From assembly GCA_964016885.1 (NCBI GenBank), contig OZ024754.1, positions 38,564,001 through 38,628,000 of the forward strand: a stretch of 64,000 nt of DNA, given 5' to 3'. The position numbers and the translations under genes are program-made. This document shows positions 53,573-64,000 of this stretch, piece by piece. The stretch's first letter is position 1; every line of letters begins with the position of its first letter. This DNA is from Eledone cirrhosa. Lineage: Eukaryota. The notes beneath the pieces are model-generated. The model had not been told where the DNA came from and did not search any database. It saw nothing but the letters and a program-made list of their open reading frames with translations.

Positions 53573-55628
53573 TGTATATTATATATATATCTTAACTATA
53601 ATAAAGAAAGGAGTGCAGGACTTCGCCCAGAATATATTGTTTTACCCTATTTGTAAAATAAGTTGGATTACTTTGAATAAATAATGAATGAATATTTCAT
53701 AATTTATGTGCTAAATTTCGTGGCTGTTGATTAAATATATTTTATAGCTTATTTAAAGATTCACTTCTTTAAAATTCTCAAATGTCAACACTTCCGGTTA
53801 GCAGCTGTTATATTATAACACTTATAAAAATATCACATATATTTCCGTCACTAATGTTCTCCTAATGCAGTTTATATAAAATTTCGTCTTTTTTTTAAAT
53901 GTATCATGGATTACTTTACTGATTACAGAAGACAGTGTAACATAGACTTCGTTCAATTTCTGTGTATATTGTCAATTACGATTTTATTTGATGTATAATA
54001 TCTACATGTATATATATTCGTGTATAATATCAATATACACACTACACATGCTAGCAGAAAACCACCCAAAGGTGGTTTTTCTACTAGTATATTTAATTGT
54101 GTTTAATTGTGTGCTAAGCAGCTGAAGTATGCAATAAATGTGTATCTGTATATATATACAGTATCGAGCTAACTGTGACTGCATCATTGTGTATATAAAT
54201 TTACACATTGAGTGTTTAGACATGTAAACTTGTCAAATTATGTATTTATCTAACTAGATTCTGCCCCCCCCCCCCCCCCTTTTTTTTTTCCTTTCCCGCC
54301 CTCTCTTTTTTTTCCTCAATACTTCTTCACCCTCCTTTCTCCTCTCCTTTCCTACCAACCTCCCTTCCTCCATCTGCCCCTTCCTCTCCGTCTTTCTTAC
54401 TCCCATCCCCTCCCCATTCTTCCCTTCATTCCTTCCGCTATAATGTGTACTGTAGATATTTGTAGGTGACCTTTCACAATACAGAAGGAATGAAAGAATC
54501 AATCAATTTTTTTGCTAAACAGTTCAATACTGTCCCTTTTGTTATACTAATGCTGCTATTGTAACAGGAACACATTGAACTAAAGCTGATCATATTTATA
54601 GCAATACATTGAACATTGAACTAATGTTGATTATGTTTGTACAACATTTTAGGAACACACACTCTAATGGCATCGATGCTCTGCCGCTTGTAAATATTTC
54701 ATCAAGAGACATTAAGTGTTTTGTGTAATGAACTTGAGTCAATGAAATGTTCAGGTCACTGAAGTTGTTATTGAAATAATAAACCAACAGACAGAATACA
54801 TTAACAAATATCTTGAGGAACATTTTATATTATTTAGGTTCATTTAGGTACTAGTGCAGAATGCACTTCAATATTTATTATGTCTTTGTGTACAACAAGT
54901 ACTGTAGAATAAGAAGTAAGGTCTTATCAAACAGAATCTATGATCAGGTTCATGTTATCATTGTGTTTAGCTCCTCCGCCCTGCCCTACCCATCTCCATG
55001 TAAAGCCTGTTTGTTGAATAAACCTATGATGAACAGCTATATGTGACCATCCTTATATTTTCTGATGCATTGTATATCTAACCTGGAATACATTGACCAA
55101 TGTGGCCTTTCTTTCAGAGACACTACCATCCTCATCATCATTTAATATCTGCTTTCCTGCTTGTAAGGGTTTAACAGGTTTTCATTGACCAAGTCAGTAC
55201 TGAAGCAGGGCTACTGACCTCCCAGACATACTAAGGGTCTGTATCTACCTTACATACAGTCCCACATTTTACCAAGTGCACCAGGGCAAGAGCGGTTATC
55301 ATGTCTTTGACACAACTGAATCGTCCTCTCAACCCTTTGTTTGGCAAGTTTTCTACAGCTGGATGCCCTTCTTATCACCAACGACTTTCAAGCATGTACT
55401 GGGTGCATTTATCATGTAGATCACCAACACTAAATCGGTTGTTGCGCTGTTGACACAACTGAAGGGTCCTTTCAACCCTTACAGGGTGTACCGGATACAT
55501 TTTCATGGCATAAACACCTGAGTTGGTCATTGTTCCAACTGATGAGCCCTCTCTGCTCTGTGGGGTTTGGTGTGGGGCAGAAAAAAACGCAATAACTAGG
55601 TTAGTGTGAAGAGACATTCCAGCCTTAA

Positions 55629-55815
55629 TAATTGTTTCTTCTTTAGGCACAAGGCCATCAATTACCCAGTGCATTACTGGTACTTTATTTTATCGACCCC
55701 GTAAGGATGAAAGGCAAAGTTAACCTCGGCGGGATTTGAACTCAGAATGGCAAGGGGCGTAACTCTGTGTCAAAGCATGGCGTCCGACCCTCTACCGATA
55801 CTGCCATTCCACCGC
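55629..55815 (-). mobile_element. SINE family A copy with a 17-bp TSD
   Basis: Flanked by CATTCCAGCCTTAATAA at 55615 and 55816. Confidence 0.9.
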
Positions 55816-55897
55816 CATTCCAGCCTTAATAATGTCATTTCTTTTGTAGACATAGTATATTTAGGACCACACTATTGAATGTCTCCTGTATTTTATA

Positions 55898-56560
55898 TGT
55901 TGACTGGTTGTTTGTCTCACCTTTTGGTCAGGTGTGTGTTGACTGGTTGTTTGTCTCACCTTTTGGTCAGGTGTGTGTTGACTGGTTGTTTGTCTCACCT
56001 TTTGGTCAGGTGTGTGTTGACTGGTTGTTTGTCTCACCTTTTGGTCAGGTGTGTTGACTAGTTGTTTGTCTCACCTTTTGGTCAGGTGTGTGTTGACTGG
56101 TTGTTTGTCTCACCTTTTGGTCAGGTGTGTGTTGACTGGTTGTTTGTCTCACCTTTTGGTCAGGTGTGTGTTGACTGGTTGTTTGTCTCACCTTTTGGTC
56201 AGGTGTGTTGACTAGTTGTTTGTCTCACCTTTTGGTCAGGTGTGTGTTGACTGGTTGTTTGTCTCACCTTTTGGTCAGGTGTGTGTTGACTGGTTGTTTG
56301 TCTCACCTTTTGGTCAGGTGTTTTGACTGGTTGTTTGTCTCACCTTTTGGTCAGGTGTTTTGACTGGTTGTTTGTCTCACCTTTTGGTCAGGTGTGTGTT
56401 GACTGGTTGTTTGTCTCACCTTTTGGTCAGGTGTGTGTTGACTGGTTGTTTGTCTCACCTTTTGGTCAGGTGTGTGTTGACTAGTTGCTTGTCTCACCTT
56501 TTGGTCAGGTGTGTGTTGACTGGTTGTTTGTCTCACCTTTTGGTCAGGTATATGTTGACT
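55898..56560. repeat. 39-bp tandem minisatellite (~17 copies)
   Basis: GTTGACTGGTTGTTTGTCTCACCTTTTGGTCAGGTGTGT. Confidence 0.95.
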
Positions 56561-56836
56561 GTGGTAATTTGTTCTGTTAGAAAGAACAGCCAAATCTCCC
56601 TCAGATTACACACATCTGTCTAAAAATGAAATGAAGGCTACATTAGACATTGTAGCTGTTGAGATATAAAAAAGACCGAATGACTATTTCTAGAACAACA
56701 TTTATTATAAATATTCTGAAGCAGGACTGATTTGTGTCTAAACAACATCGATAACATATAATCTAGGTAAATACTTCCTGCCAGCTATTCTTGAGACAAT
56801 CTTACTAACTCATTACTGTTTTCTTATCTTTTACAG

Positions 56837-56888
56837 ACCATTCTTCACTGACCGAGGGAATTTAATTGAAATGGCTGATATACCCAAG
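56837..56888 (+). CDS. PACS: PACS-family internal exon, (R)PFFTDRGNLIEMADIPK
   Basis: Acceptor TTTTCTTATCTTTTACAG and donor AAG|GTAAAG. The phase 2 start completes AG+A = Arg, giving KPQLRPFF (compare PACS KPKL(R/K)P(Y/F)F). Confidence 0.85.
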
Positions 56889-57759
56889 GTAAAGTTTGTT
56901 TTGTTTCTTTATCACCTCTTTCATATTTTTTCTTCCATCATCTATCTTATACTTTATCGTAGTGAAGAGACATAGTTTAATGGTTAGGCTGTTTGGCTCA
57001 CAGTTGTGAGGTCATGGGTTTGATTCCTAGTGACACGTTGTGTCCTTGAGCAAGATACTTTATTTCATATTGCTTCAGTTCACTCAGCTGGCAAACATGA
57101 GTTGTGTCTGTAATTGAAAGGGCCAGTGTGTCCTGCTGAATCTCCCTGAGAACTACATTAATGGTACATGTGTCTGTGAAGGGCTCAGTCATTTGCACAT
57201 TAGTTTCCTGAGCAGACTGTTCCATTGATTGAACAGCAGGAACACTCATCAGAACCCTACACCTGTGTGTAGGGTACATGCATACATGCAGTTTATTGTA
57301 AGGATGTCTTAAAATGAGACAACTTTTCCCTCCTCACAAAACAATTCTGGCCTTATGCCTGTGTTAGAAACCATCATATATATATATATATATATTATTG
57401 TGGGTTGGCAGGATCATTAAAGCTTTACACAAAATGCTGTCTGATATTTAATTATGGCTCTTTATATTCCAAGTTCAAATCCTACCAAGTTCAGCTATGC
57501 CTTTCATCCTTTTGGAAGGGCCATTAAGATAAGATACCAGTCAAGTACTGGGGTAGATTTCATTGACTTTCCCCATGTCCTCCAAATTACTGGACTTGTG
57601 GGGCCATTATCAGAAACTATTGTCATGTTAAGAAAGCTAACAGTGTTAAAATCAGCTTCCCATCCAGGAGGAGGAGAGTTATTTCTCTTCCATTTAACAC
57701 TAATCAACGAAAAAGGGTTAGCTTAGATATATATATTTCCAATTATACTTGTTCCTCGT

Positions 57760-57772
57760 GATGATGATGATG

Positions 57773-57803
<31 letters not shown>

Positions 57804-57907
57804 ACATCATCATCATCATCATTACCATCATCATCATTGACGCCCGTCTTTCTCACCACCATCATCATTACCATCATCATCACCATTACCATCATCATCA
57901 TCATTAC

Positions 57908-57940
<33 letters not shown>

Positions 57941-58160
57941 TACCATCATCATTACCATTATCATCATCATCATCATTAACGCCCCTCTTTCTCACCACCA
58001 CCATCACCATCATCATCATTATCATCATCATCATCATCGTCGTCGTCCTCCACTTCCTCCTCACCATCATCAATATCACCATCATCATCAACATCATCAG
58101 TGCCCTCCTCTTCCCCCTCACCACCACCACCACCACCACCACCACCATCATCATCATCTC
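57760..58160. repeat. (CAT)n/(CAC)n trinucleotide tract
   Basis: Directly visible. Confidence 0.9.
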
Positions 58161-58384
58161 ATCTCATCTCATCTCTTGCTCTACTTTTGTGTATCTGAAC
58201 TATTGCCTCATCAATTATTCTATATTTCTTCTTTTCTATCTACCAACAATCAGGTGAGCGATTGATTTTGTTTTACAGAACTTCTCCGTCTAATCAAAAA
58301 AAACCAACTGATTGACCCCAAACTGCCGACCATCTAACCGACCAAATGCCTGCATGCAACCTCAGTGTTTGGTGTGGGGCGCGT

Positions 58385-59087
58385 ATATCTATCTATATAT
58401 ATATATATATATACATATCTATATATATATATATACATATATTATATATATATATATATATATGTGATATATGATATATGATATATATATATAATATAAT
58501 ATATGTTTATATGATATATATATATATAATATAATATATGTTTATATGATATATATATATATAATATAATATATGTTTATATGATATATATATATATAAT
58601 ATAATATATGTTTATATGATATATATATATATAATATAATATATGTTTATATGATATATGATATATATATATATAATATAATATATGTTTATATGATATA
58701 TGATATATATATATATATATAATATAATATATATTTATATGATATGTGATATATATATATAATATAATATATGTTTATATGATATATGATATATATATAT
58801 ATATATAATATAATATATGTTTATATGATATATGATATATATATATATAATATAATATATGTTTATATGATATATGATATATATAATATAATATATGTTT
58901 ATATGATATATGATATATATATATATAATATAATATATGTTTATATGATATATGATATATATATATATAATATAATATATGTTTATATGATATATATAAT
59001 ATAATATATGTTTATATATTTATATATATATATGTGTGTGTGATATGATATATATACATATGATATATGATATATATATACATATAT

Positions 59088-59121
<34 letters not shown>

Positions 59122-59151
59122 ATATGATATATATACATATGATTTATATAT

Positions 59152-59183
<32 letters not shown>

Positions 59184-59352
59184 TTATATAAACATATATT
59201 ATATTACATATATATATAAACATATATTATATTACATATATATATAAACATATATTATGTTACATATATATATAAACATATATTATATTACATATATATA
59301 TATAAACATATATTATATTACATATATATATATAAACATATATTATATATTT
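58385..59352. repeat. AT-rich compound satellite
   Basis: ATAATATAATATATGTTTATATGATA units plus (TA)n, with inverted-like units at ~59185-59350. Confidence 0.85.
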
Positions 59353-59884
59353 TATGCTGTATGAATTCAGTTGCCATTAGAGTCATTGTAATTATTTGCA
59401 GTTGTGTCTGTATCAGTGATGCTGTGTTGTACCATTTAGTGATGAGTTTGGTAAATGTTAGAAAATGTGTCGCTAGACTCTAACAACACAACATTTTCCT
59501 TGTTTACTTTAGTGTAGTTGCTTTCTGCCTCTACTTCATTCCCACCCCCTTCTCCAATTTTACAGGGTCTCTTTCTTACCCCTCGCCCCTCTGTTCTCAT
59601 TATTTTTGTCATATTGAAATATAGTAAACTATAAACTCAGCTATTATTCAAAGTCTGACGCTGAAAGTCTGATCAGATGTTTTCCAAACTAAAAATATGA
59701 GGTAAAAACATTGATTAGAAAATTGTCAATTGGAAAAAAAAAAAAAAGAAAAAAAAAGATTTATTTTTAGAGAAAATTTTCATTAAAACTTCAAAAATAA
59801 GTAAATTAAATTTCTCTTCCTTTTATTCTAAAACAGGTATGATGCCTTTTTGATGAAAGTGGGTGTTGGAGGCAGTCTTTAGAT

Positions 59885-60103
59885 CAGGCATGTTAAACAA
59901 GCGGCTCGCAGGCCACATGCGGCCCATTGTAAGCACACCTGCAGCCCGCACAAAGATTTTTACACCGTGCGTGTAATAAAAAATATCAATTGTAATGTGT
60001 GCAATTAGTTGTCATGTGTGACCCTCAAATAACACATATGTGACCCATGTCGCCCTCAAACAACACATGTGACCCTTGGGGGACCCTCAGTTTGACATGC
60101 CTG
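59885..60103. mobile_element. hAT (Charlie-like) MITE
   Basis: TIRs CAGGCATGTTAAAC / GTTTGACATGCCTG, subterminal GGCCACATGCGGCCC, and 8-bp TSD CTTTAGAT/GTTTAGAT. Confidence 0.8.
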
Positions 60104-60248
60104 GTTTAGATGATTGACTTCACCTTGCATATCACTATTAACTCTGAGTAACTGAGCAGTGTTTGGTATTTTACTGCCCCAGGCCAAATTTATATTTGAA
60201 ATTTGGCATTTAAAAAAAAATAAATAAATAAAAATTATAAAAAATATA

Positions 60249-60757
60249 TTAACCTTTAGCACACTAGAATTTTTTATGAATTACTTCCCTTGACACTGCA
60301 TTAAGGGGGGGTTATTCTATTGGGAACATAATGTGCTTAGAGCGTGCTGAAGGTTAAGAGATATTTTGAGGAAACTGCTTTATATATTTTATCTGGATTT
60401 AGTCAATATTACCTGTAGAGAAACATCTCTCCATATGACAGCAACAAACCATATTGGAATACCATCCATTCTTGTCACAGATCCTCATTTTTTCTGCAGA
60501 TGATTCTTTCTCCCATCAAGTTAGGATGAGATGACTTTGTGTACTTTAACCCTTTAGTACTTAAACCGGCCATATCCAGTCAGAAATCTCTCCCCTCAAA
60601 CCCATCACAACTGGCCCCTCATACCAACGTTAAGGCATTCTTCTCAAAATAAATATCAAAATCTCATAGATATTATGTGTGATAATTATGTAAAATAAAG
60701 CCTTTACCACAAAAATACAATAGTAAATATAGGGTAATGTAAATGCTAAAGGGTTAT
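60249..60757. mobile_element. Short TTAA-flanked MITE (60249-60357) and piggyBac MITE copy (60546-60757)
   Basis: TTAACCTTTAGCAC...GTGCTGAAGGTTAA; the second element matches 4355-4580. Confidence 0.7.
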
Positions 60758-61020
60758 ATACCCTCTTTATATTTCTGTAACTTCTTCAACAATAAACCTT
60801 CTCCTACTGTTGTTTCTAATGTCTCAATTATAACCTACCTAAAAATTATTGAGGACTTGTGCCTCAGAGAGGAACTTTCTAGGTGCAAATCCCATGGCCC
60901 TTCGTGACCAAAGGGGTCTTTACCCTTTTTTTACTGCTTCAGTGTCGTAACACGATCTACACATTTGGGCAAACAACTAAATACAACTCCCTCCCTCTCT
61001 CTCCCTCTCTCTATCTTCCC

Positions 61021-61080
<60 letters not shown>

Positions 61081-61495
61081 AATCTACCATTTTTCTTCTT
61101 ACTTAATTCACTACTTTCATAATTGCTGTGATCACCATCCTCATTTAATGTCTATTTTCCATGCTAGAATAGGGTTAGACGGGTTTGTCCCATTAGAGGC
61201 AAGTTGGGTCAGGCGACTGTCTCTCGCTCATGTTGGACTGTTTCTGGCTAGTACTCTTTCTCCTGCCCGTCAATAAAACTTGATTATATATTTATATATA
61301 GATGTGCGTGTGTTTTTCCTTTTTACACCATGTGCGCTTCTTTAGTTATTTAGTGAAGTTTGTATTGACAGGGAATTCTTTATTTTATAGCGAAACATGA
61401 TCTACTTTGAACATGTCTGGATGTTATAGTTATAATTGGATGGTTTCTACACTTAGATTTATTCTTTTAATTAATTTGTATTCACCATTCCATCC

Positions 61496-61533
<38 letters not shown>

Positions 61534-61537
<4 letters not shown>

Positions 61538-61760
61538 AAAGGTAAACAGAAATAACAACACAATCGGTACAGTATATGTAAGGGATATTTTAGGTTAACG
61601 CTTGATATAGCAGGAAGAGGGTCTTAACGTTTCGGATGCTAGTCCTTCATCAGAAGAAGGAATGAGAAATAAGATAGATTGAGGAGACGGGCGGGTTGGA
61701 ATTGCAAAAAATGTCTTTAGATAAAAATAACAGGTCCATTCATGTTGACATCTCTTGCAA
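61534..61760 (-). mobile_element. ~225-bp hammerhead-bearing element, copy 3
   Basis: Minus strand TCTT-CTGATGA-A-GGAC-TAGC-ATCC-GAAAC-GTT-AAGA at 61622-61657; nearly identical to 48276-48500. Confidence 0.8.
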
Positions 61761-61973
61761 AACTGTTGGTGCTTCCGTTTTGTGTATGATTTATTTTTTA
61801 GAATATATATATATATTATATATATATATTTGTATATATATATATTCAATGTGGTCTACTCTTCGTGGTAGGGTCCATATCATAGATAGAACTCAATGTA
61901 ATCTGATAGTGAGTAATCCGTGTTCCGTTGAGTTAATTCCTTAGCTACAGAATCTGGTATTAGATATTAATTT

Positions 61974-62280
61974 AACAATTGTTTCCAAAGAAGATGGTCT
62001 CTGAACAAACCTATATACGAGGTCTGATAGTACACAGTTCTATAACCGCTATAGATCAGTCAATATGATCAACCCTCCAAAACGATCATAAACAATATGT
62101 ATAGGTAAAATAACTACAAAGTCAAGTTATTTTACCAATACATATTGTTTATGATCGTTTTGGAGGGTTGATCATATTGCCATATTGACTGATCTATAGC
62201 AGAGAGAACTGTATACTATCAGACCTCGTATATAGGTTTGCTCAGACCGTCTTCTTTGGAAACAATTGTTTCCAAAGAAG
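61974..62280. repeat. Imperfect palindrome with ~140-bp arms ending in a second 30-bp palindrome
   Basis: Arms centred at ~62118; CTTCTTTGGAAACAATTGTTTCCAAAGAAG at 62251-62280 is self-complementary. Confidence 0.85.
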
Positions 62281-62512
62281 AATGATTCTGCTGTGCGATG
62301 GGTTCGGTGTGGTCAACTGGTCTGTCCCTCCTCATAACAGTACCATCCAGTTTTCACACTGTAAATGTGGTTAGTGTTAGGAAGGGCATCCAGCTATAAA
62401 ATCCCTGGCTAAATTTACAGTCCTCGGCTGAGCAAGGTATGGTGAGGTCAACTCTCAACATGGACGACCTGTCTAACCCATGCAAGCATTGAAAAATGGA
62501 CTAGCTCGCCAA

Positions 62513-63497
62513 CAGGCTAGTCCATTTTATTATCATTATCTTTCAATTCTGTCTGTTGGCAGGCTAGTCCATTTTATTATCATTATCTTTCAATTCTGTC
62601 TGTTGGCAGGCTAGTCCATTTTATCATTATCTTTCAATTCTGTCTGTTGGCAGGCTAGTCCATTTTATCATTATCTTTCAATTCTGTCTGTTGGCAGGCT
62701 AGTCCATTTTGTTATTATCTTTGAATTCTGTCTGTTGGCAGGCTGGTCCATTGTATCATTATCTCTGAATTCTGTCTGTTGGCAGGCTAGTCCATTGTAT
62801 CATTATCTCTGAATTCTGTCTGTTGGCAGGCTAGTCCATTTTATCATTATCTCTGAATTCTGTCTGTTGGCAGGCTAGTCCATTTTATCATTATCTTTGA
62901 ATTCTGTCTGTTGGCAGGCTAGTCCATTTTATCATTATCTTTGAATTCTGTCTGTTGGCAGGCTAGTCCATTTTATCATTATCTCTGAATTCTGTCTGTT
63001 GGCAGGCTAGTCCATTTTATCATTATCTTTGAATTCTGTCTGTTGGCAGGCTAGTCCATTTTATCATTATCTCTGAATTCTGTCTGTTGGCAGGCTAGTC
63101 CATTTTATCATTATCTTTGAATTCTGTCTGTTGGCAGGCTAGTCCATTTTATCATTATCTCTGAATTCTGTCTGTTGGCAGGCTAGTCCATTGTATCATT
63201 ATCTCTGAATTCTGTCTGTTGGCAGGCTAGTCCATTTTATCATTATCTCTGAATTCTGTCTGTTGGCAGGCTAGTCCATTTTATCATTATCTTTGAATTC
63301 TGTCTGTTGGCAGGCTAGTCCATTTTATCATTATCTCTGAATTCTGTCTGTTGGCAGGCTAGTCCATTTTATCATTATCTCTGAATTCTGTCTGTTGGCA
63401 GGCTAGTCCATTTTATCATTATCTCTGAATTCTGTCTGTTGGCAGGCTAGTCCATTTTATCATTATCTCTGAATTCTGTCTGTTGGCAGGCTAGTCC
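62513..63497. repeat. 44-bp tandem minisatellite (~22 copies)
   Basis: GGCAGGCTAGTCCATTTTATCATTATCTYTGAATTCTGTCTGTT at a 44-bp period. Confidence 0.95.
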
Positions 63498-63579
63498 CGT
63501 GAAATCTTTGAGTGAAGACAACTACAAGAGGCCTGACTCTGATACTCATGCGGTATGTGACTCCCTAATGCTTAGATAT

Positions 63580-64000
63580 TTTCACTCTCTATCTATCTTT
63601 CTAGCTATTTCTCACTTAGTCTCTCTCTATATATATATCTCTCCCATTCACTCTCTATCTATCTTTCTAGCTATTTCTCACTTACTCTCTCTCTATATAC
63701 ATATATCTCCCATTCACTCTCTATCTATCTTTCTAGCTATTTCTCACTTACTCTCTCTCTATATATATATATCTCTCCCATTCACTCTCTATCTATCTTT
63801 CTAGCTATTTCTCACTTACTCTCTCTCTCTCTATATATATATATATCTCCCATTCACTCTCTATCTATCTTTCTAGCTATTACTCATTTACTCTCTCTCT
63901 CTATATATATCTCTCCCATTCACTCTCTATCTATCTATCTAGCTATTACTCACTTACTCTCTCTCTCTCTATATATATCTCTCCCATTCACTCTCTATCT
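63580..64000. repeat. ~64-bp CT/TA-rich minisatellite running off the window end
   Basis: CATTCACTCTCTATCTATCTTTCTAGCTATTTCTCACTTAC(TC)n(TA)nTCTCC. Confidence 0.9.

Noticed and set aside
55539-55570. CTGATGAGCCC core (isolated CTGATGA also at ~3965 and ~6425)
   Set aside because: No correctly placed GAAA or stem III.
58230-58300. Next PACS exon (also AG sites at ~59836 and ~60499)
   Set aside because: Phase-0 reading hits a stop within a few codons and shows no PACS similarity.
61345-61425. Complete hammerhead around GAAACATG...CATGTC
   Set aside because: Stem III and GUC are present but the CUGANGA half is not recognisable; counted only as a remnant.

Overview
This is repeat-saturated, AT-rich eukaryotic DNA, most likely from an octopus or other coleoid cephalopod (inferred from the very dense (TA)n/(CA)n/(CT)n microsatellites and the tRNA-SINE, RTE and R4-type repeats; not checked by search). 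The only host coding sequence I can support is three GT-AG exons on the + strand (49910-49969, 52930-53081, 56837-56888) that splice in frame to a PACS-family segment (QRNFKQKIIALLRRFK...SDSGP...STPKPQLRPFF). The rest is probably intron of that gene. It holds several SINE families, LINE remnants, piggyBac-, mariner/pogo- and hAT-type MITEs, and more than ten satellite arrays. Nearly all listed ORFs are microsatellite artefacts. The most notable signal is at least 10 type I hammerhead ribozyme motifs (CUGANGA...GAAA...UH) at 8 loci, falling into about 7 unrelated families, plus 3'-half remnants. They sit in short elements in or beside (TA)n tracts, several as long fold-back palindromes, which is the signature of Penelope-like or retrozyme-type elements. 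Five motifs lie on the PACS sense strand. All structures were folded by eye and coordinates counted by hand.
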